Under the pieces are notes generated by a model that was not told where the DNA came from, searched no databases, and saw only the letters and a program-made list of their open reading frames with translations. Made by a program: the position numbers and the translations under genes. 64,000 bases of DNA, from the NCBI GenBank assembly GCA_964016885.1, contig OZ024740.1, positions 293,446,001 through 293,510,000 of the forward strand. The letters run 5' to 3'. Of this stretch, positions 13,940 through 27,157 are shown piece after piece; the first letter of the stretch is position 1; every line of letters begins with the position of its first letter. The DNA is from Eledone cirrhosa (taxonomy: Eukaryota).

Positions 13940-14334
13940 TATATAGTTTTTACATTCATTTAATTTATTGATTTATTGATATTTTATTTGAGTGACCCGA
14001 ATCTTCCTGGTCGTTCTTTTTCGGCTGTATGGGTGATTTTAGACATGATCTCTATGTGTTGGTATTTTAACGATAGTTATAGCTCTGATTTATCCAAATT
14101 ATTGAGCCCTCTGCCACACATATCGGATATTGTTTATCGTTAATTCGTAAGCTGTTTTTCCGATTCTCGATTATTCTACTATATATATATATATATATAT
14201 ATATAACAATATATTTAGAAACACACAGATACATGCGGACACACACATATATACATGAATGCATCCGCACCCAACTCTTCATAATATATATATATATATA
14301 TATATATACATACATACATACATACATATATATA

Positions 14335-14652
14335 TTGGCCTTGCAATCGAAAGGTTGCGAGTTCAATTCTCAGACCGGGTGATGTGTTGTTTCCTTGAGC
14401 AAGACACTTTATTTCACATTGCTCCAGTTTACTCAGCTGTAGAAATGAGATGATAGGGACTTGGCTCCCTATCATTCCACTGCAAAGTGGTCGTGGAGGT
14501 GCCACGGCAAAAAAAGCACCCAGCACTCACTGTAAATGAGGTTGGTGTTAGGAAGGGCATCCAGCTGTAGAAATCAAGCCAGAATCAGTTGCTGTCCCAC
14601 CCTTGCAAGCAGGGAAAAGTGGACGTAAAATGAAAATGATGAAAATGATGAT
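14335..14652 (+). mobile_element. SINE family 1, variant ending in an RTE-C-type tail
   Basis: Same head and core as 1931-2382, but ends ctgtcccacccttgcaagcagggaaaagtggacgtaaaatga, matching 33014-33055. Confidence 0.85.
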
Positions 14653-14902
14653 ATATATATATATATGTGAAGGCATGTGGCTGAGTGGTTAGAGAATTGG
14701 ATTCACAATCGTGAGGTTGTGTGTTCGAATTCCGCATTGGGCGATACGTTATGTCCTTGGGCAAGACACTTTATTTCATGTTGCTCCTTCTACCCGGAGT
14801 TGCGACCGATAGAGAGTATTAGCAATTGGAAAGACCAATGGAAACATTGTTTCCTCGGTCTGATTTGATGAAAAGTCATTATTTTATGTCCGCTTTTCCC
14901 TG

Positions 14903-14956
<54 letters not shown>

Positions 14957-15136
14957 TCATCACCATTTAAATCCATATATATAAAAAAAGCTTTAAGCAT
15001 CGCTTCATATGTGACATCTCTTGTGTTGCATGGCATGGCTGGCTGTAGGCAATTTCCTGGCATGACTAAAATCCATGTCCGTACAGCTCATCCCTAAGTA
15101 TCACGCAATAGCATTACTCGAAATCAAGTTGCAACT

Positions 15137-15182
<46 letters not shown>

Positions 15183-15377
15183 TGACTGAACAAACATGCC
15201 TTTTCTGGTCCTTCCTATTCTCACCCTATCTTTCTATTTCATCTTTTATTTCTCATTCTATCTTCTGATGAAAAACTAGTGTCTGAAACTTTAAGACTTT
15301 TTTCCTACTATATCAAGCATTAAACTAATATATTTTTTCATTGTACTGTATTGTTTGCTTAAGTGCATCCATTTACT

Positions 15378-15444
<67 letters not shown>

Positions 15445-15790
15445 TATATATATACATATATGCTAGCAGGGAAGGTGTGAGATCACATGGCCCAATGGTT
15501 AGGATGTTGCACTTAGATCATAATGCCATTGGTTCGATTCCTGGACAGGATGCCGCATTGCGTTCTTGAGAAAAAAACCCACTTTATTTCATGTTGCTCC
15601 AGTACACTCAGTAACACCAGCAGTAGCTGTGGCATTAATCCTGCGATAGACCGGCATTCTGTCCAGGGAGTGTCCTGGAAACTGGCCATAAGCACCAATC
15701 TGATCTAATGAACCTTTGGCTTAGAACAAAATTTAACTAACTTAATTAACTAGCACAGAAAACAAATATTAAATGGTAGTAATAATATAT

Positions 15791-15818
<28 letters not shown>

Positions 15819-15823
<5 letters not shown>

Positions 15824-16171
15824 CGACATTAAACAAATGGAAACTATATTTATAAAACCATATTTATTTCATTATACATATTTCGGGGATACCATATTAA
15901 AAATATGGCATGCCTTCTTCAGATAAAATACAATATATAAACATTTTATAAATAATTTTGACGTACCATAAATATTGACCAACCGTTATGTAAAAAGCTG
16001 GTCAATATTGGTCAATATTTATGGTACGTCAAAATTATTTATAAAATGTTTATATATTGTATTTTATCTGAAGAAGGCATGCCATATTTTTAATATGGTA
16101 TCCCCGAAATATGTATAATGAAATAAATATGGTTTTATAAATATAGTTTCCATTTGTTTAATATCGTATAT
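15819..16171. repeat. Near-perfect 164-bp inverted repeat carrying a hammerhead-like core in each arm
   Basis: Arms 15819-15982 and 16008-16171 with one mismatch seen; CTGAAGA-A-long stem-GAAA at 16068-16109 followed by AATAAA. Confidence 0.9.
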
Positions 16172-16302
16172 CTACTCCAAAACTTGTTGAGTGCTTTATA
16201 TCAGTTATAAAATATAAAATATTTACTTGTTGTAACCCAACAATTTTATATAAAACTTTTGCATATATATATATATATATACATGGAAGATGGATGTTAA
16301 AC

Positions 16303-16346
<44 letters not shown>

Positions 16347-16391
16347 CATACATATATACATCATATATGCATACATACATATATACATACA

Positions 16392-16423
<32 letters not shown>

Positions 16424-16949
16424 CACACACATATATATATATATATGCATGTATGTATTATGTATGCATGTATATATGTATGTATGTATGTAATATGTAT
16501 GTATGTATTATGTATGTATGATCATCATCATCAACATCATCATTATCATCATCATTTAATGTGTTTTCTCTGCCAGCACAGGTTGTATATATATATATAT
16601 ATATATACTTTACAATAAATATGTTGCCCATGTATAGTTATATAGCATTACATGACATTAAAGCAAGTTGTGAATATTTACTGACTAAGGTTTACTTAAC
16701 ATATGATGTCATCCAGTGTTTGGAATAAGATTCAGTTGTATAGTTTGAGTATTTTCAGTTAAACATTCACAAAACTTTTTTTTTTTTCAAAAAACCTGAA
16801 ATTATTAAGATAAAATAATGAATTAATTTTTAAATCTGAATTTTAAATGTATCTAAAACATCTCAAATGTGAATTGATAAATACATTGAATCAATTTATT
16901 TTTTACATTTTTAGAAGTTATATAAAAATTTTTATTTAATAAATTATAC

Positions 16950-17143
16950 ATAAACATATTATATCAACTATATTTTACAGAAGTTATACAATGATGGAAA
17001 TATTTTGTTATCTGTTATACATAAACATATTATGTCAACTATATTTTACAGAAGTTATACAATGATGGAAATATTTTGTTATCTGTTATATATAAACATA
17101 TTATGTCAACTATATTTTACAGAAGTTATACAATGATGGAAAT
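16950..17143 (+). repeat. 71-bp tandem repeat, about 2.7 copies
   Basis: taaacatattat recurs at 16951, 17022 and 17093. Confidence 0.9.
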
Positions 17144-19084
17144 GTGAAAAAGAAAAGATAAAAATAAAATTAAGAAATGAACAGAGAGGGGTAGGGGTAA
17201 AGAAAGGTAGATTTGGCTCTATAAGTAGAGGAATTATATTTGTAATCTTACATTTCTTTAATTCTTTTATTCCGGTTTATTAACATGTTTCATGTTTGTA
17301 AATATATATATATATTTTTTTTAATCTTTCAAATTTATTTATTTAAAAACCTGAAATATCTTAATTGGACACAAATTATACAATGATGGAAATATTAAAA
17401 AAAGGCTAAAAGCAAAATTAAGTAATGGGGAAAAGGGGAAGGTGTTAAAAGGGCAGATCTGGCTGTATAGGAAAGTAAAGGAAAATACTATAAATGCCAT
17501 ATATGAGAAGGAAGAAAAGAGCAAGGACTAAAGGGAAAGGATTATTTGGCAAGGAAGAATGAGAGGGAAGGGGAGAGGGTGACAGACTCAACACCTTGAT
17601 TGGAGCAGTCTTTCAGCTGTGCCCCATGAACAAAATTGCAAAGGCATTTCTGCAGACAATGGCTAGCGACACCTGCTGCAACAGCCACCTCACATTGCGG
17701 TGCTTCTTCCTCAGATGGGCTCCTGTCATTTCAATTTTACAGAGGAGCTCCATGCTGGCATGAGTTGGATGGCATGAGCTATTGTCTCCTTTGACTAATT
17801 AATACACTCTTTCTCCAGAGGATATTGTGTGTATTTTATCATAGAGCCTGTACTGAGAGATTGTCATGTCCTTGACAAGACTAAAGAGCCTTTTCTACAT
17901 TTAGGTGTCTCTATTCAATCACTAACCGCGTTACAGAGTATTTTGGGTGTATTTTCTTGTGGTCACAAGAGATGTTGACTTGCCCCGTATGGAAGAAAAG
18001 TCCCCTCCACTCTATGTTGTCTCCATTCTTTCCAGGCAAAAGTGATGGATTTGAAGCAGTGTGGTGAAATGGTAGACAAAGAGTGAAATGGCGATGAAAT
18101 ATGAATATGAAAATGGAATGAAATGAAAAGGCAATAAGATGATAGGTACATGTTAATTAATGGGGTTGTGACAAGTAGTAGGGGTGGATAATAACAAAAG
18201 AGCTGGTGCTGGATAGCAGCTGATAAATTTGATGACGAGAACAGTGAAGAATTCATCATCATCCTCATGGTACTTTAACCCTTTTCGGGATCGTTGAGAC
18301 ACTTCAGTGTTGAATGCTGCACCTACTGCCTCCATCTCTGGTTGTCATGGGTGAGTGTTTGGGTTGTGGCAAAGTTCTTTGCTATCCACTCTGCTACGTT
18401 GTCTGTCCACAGTTTTCTCTGTCTGCCCTGCCTTCGCCTTCTCTGCACTGTTCCTTGCAGAATTGTCTTATAGAGTCTGTCCCATCTTGTTACATACCCA
18501 TACCACCACCTCAGCTTCCTCCACAGCAGATCTTCAAAGTGGCTTACATTCTTTTGTGAATCTCCTCATTCGTGATAGGTTCTCTGAAAAAAATATATGG
18601 CACTGTCATAGTTGAAATGTATTTTGGTCTCAGGCCTGCTCAATCAACACTGAGCTTGAGTTTAGCCTTTTCATACCAAATTACCTGAAACCACCTTAGC
18701 TGGGAAATGCTAATTTGCATTAATACAAACTTGACTGGCTATATAATTAATTAGCAGTAGTACTTTGACAGTGTTAAGCATAACAGGAGTGTATATGGAA
18801 GCTTATACTATATGTTTATATACAATAAATATATGGGAGCCTCACTATCAAAACGAAAATATTTTTTCATTACAGAAAAATTATTTTTTCTCTCTTTTGC
18901 TCTATGAACACACCACAGATGCCAGTAGCAGTTAGAATGCCAGACAGCTGTTTCAAGATTCATTAATCTCTCATCAGTAATATTCACTCAACCTGTACTG
19001 ACATCAAAACAGACTTGCCTATACAGATTTTATGTGAGGAACATTTACTGGAGATGGTCATTTGTATACCCCCCCCCCCCTATA

Positions 19085-20007
19085 TCTATATATATAAAAC
19101 TGAGGATGTTTGTCTGTGTGTGTGTGAGTTTGAATCCCTAAAACTAGAGAAGCACCCAGCCGGCTGTTTTCAAACTTTACACATGTAATACTTATGTTTC
19201 AGGGAGTGTTCGGAGCAAAGGAAATTTCAAATTTTCAATGCCCTAGGGACCACATTAGGTGATTTAACGATCTCTCTATATAATTCTTAGTCTTTCTCAT
19301 TTTAGATAGATACATAGATATAACATCGCGCCCTTATAATATCTGTCTGTATGTCTGGCTGTCTGCATTACGTCACTTCCCTGAGGATGTCTGTGTGTGT
19401 GTGTGTGTCTGTGAGTTTGAATCCCTAAAACTCGAGAAGTACCCAACCGACTTCTTTCAAACTTTTCATGTGTATTACTTATGTTTGAGGGAGTGTTATG
19501 CATATAAAAATTTCAACTTTTTGGTCCCCTAGGGCCCGCATTAGTTGAAAAACTGCGTTTTTTCAGGGTTTTGGGGGGTTTTTTTAGGCGTTACGTCAGA
19601 CCGATTTCCTTGAAATTGTAACTATGTATTAGTCAGTCTCTTCTTCATACCGTGAGCAAAGAAAATCCAACTTTTTTATGGATAGGGTCCACATTAGGCG
19701 AAAAACTTCATTTTTTCAGCTTTTTAGGGCTTTTTTGAGGCTATTTTCTAGCCGATTTTCCCGAAATTTCAAGGCATATTATGCACATAAAAAAATTCAT
19801 TTTCTTGATCCCCTAGGGCCCGCAGTAGGTGAAAACCTGCATTTTTCCTGCTTCATCGAGGGAAATCTTAAAGATTATCCAGCCCTCAATGTATTTGGTT
19901 TATTTTCTTTATATATTGTCCACGCATGCAGTTTTCCCACGATTAGGTCTGTTGGCGGCCCGCGTTACAAAATACCTTATCCTGTGCAACGCTGAGTACC
20001 ACTGCTA

Positions 20008-20008
<1 letters not shown>
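19085..20008 (+). mobile_element. Non-autonomous Helitron
   Basis: Inserted between A and T; 5' TCTATATATATAAAA, subterminal degenerate hairpin cctgtgcaacgctgag, 3' CTAG; internal direct duplication (19100 and 19381). Confidence 0.8.
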
Positions 20009-20066
<58 letters not shown>

Positions 20067-21242
20067 TGTGTGTGTGCATGTGTGTGTGGTGTGTGGACAA
20101 TGTGAAAGAACACTCACTGATGTGCAGAGGCCCATATCAGAAAAATGTTGGATGGTCATGGCTGAACTGCTTTGATGATAGGTCTGCTGCTGGATCAGGG
20201 ATGAGTTGGAGCTAAGCAATAACCACAACAACAACAACAAGAATAATAATATAACTATCTGCAGTTCTTTCAACCATTGAATCTGAAACAATTGATCAAA
20301 GTGATTAACCTGTTTGTTTAACCAGCAATCATCAATCAAATTTGCTGAACAGGTTTCATATTTCCTAACTTCATCAGTTGTATGAAGAAAATACATATTT
20401 CTACCTGGTATGGCTAGCACCTAACATAATGATGATGTATTTGGAAATTACTATAATTATTGACTCAGAAAAACCATTGAGCTAGAAACATCTATTATAC
20501 GTAGAATAGGTTGTGGAGATTTAAAACTTTTATTCTTTTTTGTTGACAAAGTGGTCGTGTAGGTGCCATGATAAAAACATCCAGTGTTTAGTGTACATTT
20601 AACACACATACATATATACACACATTCACCTAAACATATACACACAAACATAGATACACACATTCACCCACACACACACGCACACAAGCCAATTACTAAG
20701 CTTCAACACAGTCACTTAGGTTATAGATCAATAAATATTTGTGTAAGCAGGATTAAGCACTCAACGTTGTATAGCTTCACCAAAAACATTCCAACCTCTC
20801 CTATGCACTCAGTAAAACATGAGACTGTACATCAGTGAGATACTGATGACCTGGCCTGTCTGGGAGGTCAGTAACAATGCTTCCATACTGACTTGGTCTA
20901 TGTAGACTCATCCAACCCTTGCTAGCAGGGAAAGTGGACATTAAGATGATTATAGTGATGATGATAAGTATAAGATGTTACAAATTGAGACAAGTAAGAC
21001 AATTATTCAAATTAGTACATGACACTTTAAAGAAAGTAGTGTGTAGATATTATTTAAAAACTTGTAATCACTGCAGCCAGGCTTAAACTATGTATGGGTG
21101 TATATATATATATCCTTTACTCGTTTGGTCCCCTAACTTCTGATGAAGTCATAGGGGAACCATAATGTCGTTTCTAGATTATTTTAAGCTTAGCAGAGCC
21201 CATCCCTGTCTAGTTCTGAATAAAGAAGGTTTCTTCCAGAGA

Positions 21243-21284
<42 letters not shown>

Positions 21285-21458
21285 TAGAGAGGGGGGGGGG
21301 AGAAATACAAGGAAAGAATGGACTCCAGTATTTGACTGGTACTATTTTTATCAACCTCAAAAGGTTGAAAGGCAAAGTTAACCTTGACAGGATTTGAACT
21401 CAGAAAGCAAAGAGTCAGAATGAATACTGCAAAGTATTCTATAAGATGATATATATAT

Positions 21459-21805
21459 CATTCATCATCATCATCATTTCATTATACGTCCACTTTTCCC
21501 TGCTTGCAAGGGTGGGGCGGGAACTGATTCTGGCTTGATTTCTACAGCTGGATGCCCTTCCTAACACCAACCTCATTTACAGTGAGTGCTGGGTGCTTTT
21601 TTGCCGTGGCACCTTCACGACCACTTTGCAGTGGAATGATAGGGACCCCAGTCCCTATCATCTCATTTCTACAGCTGAGTAAACTGGAGCAATGTGAAAT
21701 AAAGTGTCTTGCTCAAGGAAACAACACATCACCCAGTCTGAGAATTGAACTCACAACCTTTCGATTGCAAGGCCAATGCTCTAGCCACTATGCCATGCGT
21801 CTCCA
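21459..21805 (-). mobile_element. SINE family 1, RTE-C-tail variant (other partial family-1 heads at 12645, 14666, 15475, 30765, 34330)
   Basis: A/B boxes, ccttgagcaagacac core, atgatagggaccccagtccctatcat hairpin and cccacccttgcaagcaggg tail. Confidence 0.85.
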
Positions 21806-21831
21806 TTATATATATATATACATATATGTGA

Positions 21832-21864
<33 letters not shown>

Positions 21865-21866
21865 TG

Positions 21867-22091
<225 letters not shown>

Positions 22092-22173
22092 ATAATAATA
22101 AAATTGAAGACTAAAATCCAAAGAGGGCTCGATAAGGAAAATATATATCAAATATATAAGAACCGTAGAGCAA

Positions 22174-22777
22174 ATATTTATTAAAATAACAGATTAAATT
22201 TTAAGCAAAGAATCGCTGCTTTCACCCTTAATGGGATCTTCTGAAACTAACAAAGTCAATCTGTAAACGCAGAACTGAATATTTTAAAACACGTTGCAAC
22301 CGGAGGAAGACAGGAAGACGATACTTTGGTTCGTGGTAACGTTCGCTGGCAAAGAACGGGAAAAAACGAATAATACGTCATTAATAGGAGCGGTGAAAAA
22401 CAATTACGCGCAAAGACAAAACCACGTTTATGGTATAAAAGAGGTATCTTCGTTTTTTCGTTCATTGCCAGAGAACGTCTCTATGCACCACCTAAGAGAA
22501 CATTAGTCTACGACCTCTTTTATACCATAAACGTGGTTTTGTCTTTGCGCCTAATTGTTTTTCACCGCTCCTATTAATGACGTATTATTCGTTTTTTCCC
22601 GTTCTTTGCCAGCGAACGTTACCACGAACCAAAGTATCGTCTTCCTGTCTTCCTCCGGTTTGCAACGTTTTTTGAAATATCCAGTTCTGCGTTTACAGAT
22701 TGACTTTGTTAGTTTCAGAAGACCCCGTTAAGGGTGAAAGCAGCGATTCTTTGCTTAAACTTGAATCTGTTATTTTA

Positions 22778-22785
<8 letters not shown>
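22174..22785. repeat. About 272-bp inverted repeat with a 67-bp spacer
   Basis: Arms 22174-22445 and 22513-22785 are reverse complements with scattered mismatches; flanked by (TA)n. Confidence 0.92.
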
Positions 22786-22820
<35 letters not shown>

Positions 22821-22847
22821 CGAGGTTTTTTATATGAAATCGAACAA

Positions 22848-24476
22848 ATATTGTTATACTAAGTAAGAACACCCCCACTAGAGAGCACTAACAAGTTTGA
22901 TTTAGAACGTAGCACGATGGAAAGCATCCACCAGATAGCTAATTCCATACACCAGAGTATAACTGTAACTATCGACTTCCCTTCCAAACACCCTAACAAT
23001 AGACTACCTGTATTAGACACAGAACTCTGGATTAACACTATAGACGAGAGAGCCCAAATTCTCCACTCAGACTATGCTATAAACCCATGGCCTCCAAATA
23101 CCTGATACTCAAAAACTCAGCAATGTCCAGTAGTGCTAAGTTTAATATTCTGATCGCAGATTTGGTACGAGTGATGAAGAATGTGTCCCGCATGTGCGAC
23201 CCAACAGAAATGGAAAGACACATCCAACACTTCATCAACCGCATGCAGTTCTCTGGCTACAACCAAAGAGACAGAGTCAGAGTATACGAAGGAGCCATGG
23301 AAAAGTATAAGACCCTCATAGAACTGGACATGAAAGGAATTTGCCCATTATACAGGAGCAAATCATGGAATAGCTTAGATAGGGCTAGACATAAGATAGG
23401 GAAAGCCACCTCATGGTACGACAACCAGAGATACCAGAGTGTCATGTTTGTGGACGCCACCCCTGGAGGGAAATTAGCTAACCAGTGTAGAAAGGCCCTG
23501 AGAAAGACCCACTTAAAAATAAAGGTGGTAGAAAAGCCAGGAACCACCATAAAATCCCTGATCAGCAAAACCTACCCTTTTAAGAAAACCCACTGTACCA
23601 ATAGGAAATGTATCATATGTAAGGTGAACCCCCCGGATAAACTGTAAAACTAGAAACGTAGTCTATAGCATAAGATGTACAGAGGGTACTTGCAGAAGCA
23701 TGACAACAACATACATAGGTGAGACAGCTCGTAGCATAGGTGAAAGGATAGACCAACACTGAGGGGAACTAAAAGGACGAAAAAACGGGTCAGTACTATA
23801 CGAACATGCTAGACAACAACATGACGGTAACATAGACAACATAGAAATTAGAATAATATCTAAACATAGAAATGACCCAGCAGATAGGCAAATCAGAGAA
23901 GCCAGTGAAATAGAAATTAGAAGACCAAAGCTAAACAGAAAGAATGAATGGAATAACAACAACACCCAAACAAACAACACTGACATAAGAGAAGTATAAA
24001 TAAGTAAATAAAATAAGATAAATAAATAAATAAATACATACACAAGCACAATAACAACAAGCACATAAACACACACTAGTCACCCATCACACAGCAAATA
24101 TAACACTATACACACACGCAAACGCATGCGCAAAGATGACAAAATAAAATAAACAAACAAGCAAATAAATAAATAAATATATAGACAGACTGAATAAAAA
24201 TGGCGTAGACATACAACACAACAGGAGGAAAATATAACACCCCTGACGATGTTGCAGATGTGCAACGAAAGATTTATGATAAACTATATATATGTGTTTG
24301 TGTCTATATTGTATCTGTATTATTTTTTACCGTCGGTCAGTCAATGGCAACATTGAGGACCGAGTAAGTTAGATTACCGATATAAAAGACAGTGAGAAAC
24401 GAAAACCACCCAAACAGTGAATGTGTTCTGCTATTAATTCTGGCAATATTACACAAATATGACCCTCCCCAAGTAT

Positions 24477-24484
<8 letters not shown>
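22848..24484 (+). mobile_element. 5'-truncated, decayed Penelope-like element (Neptune-type): RT C-terminus, Cys linker, GIY-YIG endonuclease, pLTR
   Basis: LPVLDTELW and KPMAS RT motifs; C..C linker; after a frameshift near 23640, NCKTRNVVYSIRC...TYIGETARSIGERIDQH*...RQIREA...LNRKNEW (GIY-YIG with one stop). Short inverted ends atattgttatact/agtataacaatat. Confidence 0.9.
24243..24280 (+). ncRNA. Hammerhead ribozyme core in the Penelope 3' pLTR
   Basis: CTGACGA-T-GTTGCA gatg TGCAAC-GAAA-GATTTA; perfect 6-bp stem II, stem I poorly paired. Confidence 0.65.
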
Positions 24485-24544
<60 letters not shown>

Positions 24545-24547
<3 letters not shown>

Positions 24548-25998
24548 AGTTTAGCGTAAAAGTTGGTGTCCATCAGGGCTCTGTTCTTAGCCCCCTACTA
24601 TTTATTATTGCCCTTCAGGCTATAACAGAGGAGTTCAAGGCCGGCTGCCCATGGGAACTCCTATACGCAGATGATCTAACGCTCATAGCTGAATCAATGG
24701 CCGAGCTAGAGAAGAAATTCCAAACATGGAAGCACGGCCTAGAATCAAAAGGCCTTAAAATTAACCTGGCTAAGACTAAAGTTCTAGTTTGTAAGAAAGT
24801 AAATAAGGCGGCGGTCCCTTCCGGGAAGTGGCCATGCTCAGTGTGTAGGAAAGGCGTAGGTAGAAACTCCATTTTATGTCCCAAATGCAAAGTATGGGTG
24901 CATAAAAGATGTAGTGGAATCACAGGTAAGCTAACTAAGAACATAGATTTTACGTGTGGCCGGTGCTCTGGTGCAATAAGTAGCAGCAAGTGGCCACAAA
25001 ATACTAGCTCTTTCAATTGCGCAGAGGGTTCTATAGAAATAGTGGACAGCTTCCATTACCTGGGTGACAAAATCAGCAGTGGTGGAGGGTGCTCTGAAAG
25101 TACAGTAGCTAGAGTCAGAACTGGTTGGACAAAGTTCAGAGAGCTTATACCACTATTAGCCGCTAAAGGGTTCTCCCTAAAAATGAAAGGCAGGTTGTAT
25201 GATGCCTGCATACGAACAGCAATGTTGCATGGCAGTGAGACCTGGGCATTGTGTGCAGAGGATATACGCAGACTAGAGAGGAACGAAGCTTGCATGCTCC
25301 GCTGGATGTGTAATAGTAATATACGTGAACGGCAAAGCATAAACGAACTAAGGAAAAAATTAGAAATAAGAGGGATCAGATATTGTTTACTCGAGAGAAG
25401 GCTACGTTGGTATGGTCACGTGATGCGCATGAAAGACGACAGCTGTATAACAAAGTGCAGGGCAATAAAGATAGACGGTAGCCAAGGAGTAGGCAAACCC
25501 AGAAAAACCTGGGACGAGCTGATAAATTCCGACCTCACACACTTACACCTCTCCAAGACAATGTCACTGGACCGAGACCTTTGGCGGTACTCAGTAATAG
25601 AGAAGACCCGCCTTACCTAAATACAAAGTAAAACCTACTACAGTCAGTAGGCATCTCTAACAAAATACGCCCCCGTCCCACCACCCACCCCATCCACACC
25701 GCCTCTACAATGTAAAGTTATGTTGGTGCTACAACATCCAAGCCGAAACAAATGAGATCGTGTAGATGTCATGACAAAAAAACACACAGTCCACGCTGTA
25801 ATATGGCCGTGTAGGCAACACGGTAAAAACCTCCGAGCCCCACACAGTAAATGTAGTTGGTGTTAGGAAGGGCATCCAGCTGTAGAAAACCCGCCAGATA
25901 GTCCTATGCGAGCAAGTCAACCACTCTTACCTCAAGTGGGAAACTCCCGTCCAAACCCATGCAAGCGTGGAACATGGACGTTAAACAATGATGATGAT
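24545..25998 (+). mobile_element. 5'-truncated RTE-A LINE including the PHD-finger region
   Basis: GVHQGSVLSP, LLYADD, PHD-like Cys motif, YLG, RRLRWYGHV, 3' UTR and GAT tail; (TA)n on both sides. Confidence 0.96.
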
Positions 25999-26527
25999 AT
26001 ATATATATATATATATTTTCCTCCGCTGTGACCCATCTGTTTCTTTCTTACTGCTTCCCCTTTCTCTGTATCTCTCACTTTCTTTTTACCCCCCTCTGCC
26101 AGTCACTCTCTCTGTTAGCCTCTTCCTCACACTTTCACTCACTCACTCTCTGCTACTCCCTCTCCATCACTTCCTCCCATTTGACCTGTGCAAAATTCTT
26201 TCCTCGCTCACATTTCGACCAGGTTGGATGGTCTTTATTCTCTCTCATCTACGATTTCACAGAACTTATGATCATCGATTTCAGGGACTTGACTCCTTCT
26301 TCCTCACTTTTCGTTGCATTACCATCTTTGTTTGTTTACTGTCTCGCTCGTTCTCCCTCCTTACGTGTCCCAACGACTTTCTTGCACCAACCAAAGGTAT
26401 ATGGTCTTTAAAGCGATGAAATACCAATGAAGGTTGGAAGATCACTGACGAAGGACTAATTTTATTCATATATAACCCATTTGCAACCACGCAGCACGCC
26501 ATTTTTTCATATTTTTCATATATATAT

Positions 26528-26615
<88 letters not shown>

Positions 26616-26619
26616 TTAT

Positions 26620-26659
<40 letters not shown>

Positions 26660-26708
26660 GGAAAAAATGAAATTTCATTTCTCATTGTTAGTACTGCTGA
26701 TACTTAAA

Positions 26709-27100
26709 TATAAGTATGTATACGCACATACATATATGTATACAGACATACAGTAGTATGTATATACATACATACATGCACACATATATATATGTACGTA
26801 TGGGTTTACCAAACATTTATTATAATGTTCGGTTCAATCGATTGACAGAAAGGTATACGGTGCTGATGACAGCTAATAAGCTAGAAACTAGTTCATCGTT
26901 CTTTTGACAGTGTTGACCAAAAGGGCAACGATGGTTGCCGAACACTGTACGGCTTAATTCGGGCTGTTTGTTTACAAACAAACCGAATATTATAATAAAT
27001 GTTCGGTAAATCCATACGTACATATATTTATGTGTGCATGTATGTATGTATATACATACTACTGTACATCTGTATACATATATGTATGTGCGTATACATA

Positions 27101-27106
<6 letters not shown>
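26709..27106. repeat. About 126-bp inverted repeat enclosing a hammerhead motif
   Basis: Arms 26709-26834 and 26981-27106. Confidence 0.85.
26858..26898 (+). ncRNA. Minimal type I hammerhead ribozyme with intact core
   Basis: CGGTG-CTGATGA-C-AGCT aata AGCT-A-GAAA-CTAG-TT-CATCG: 5-bp stem I (one G-U), 4-bp stem II, palindromic ACTAGT stem III, GUU cleavage triplet. Confidence 0.75.

Positions 27107-27153
<47 letters not shown>

Positions 27154-27157
<4 letters not shown>

Noticed and set aside
13345-16618. ORFs rich in YI, HT, poly-S, poly-D or poly-M
   Set aside because: Translations of (TA)n, (CA)n and (GAT)n microsatellites.
20310-20345. IDDCW motif suggesting a GH27 alpha-galactosidase
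   Set aside because: Flanking residues do not match the GY.Y.NIDDCW context and no other GH27 exons were found.
21115-21155. CTGATGA as a hammerhead core (also 2513 and 10325)
   Set aside because: No stem II plus GAAA follows; at 21130 the motif sits in a simple hairpin.
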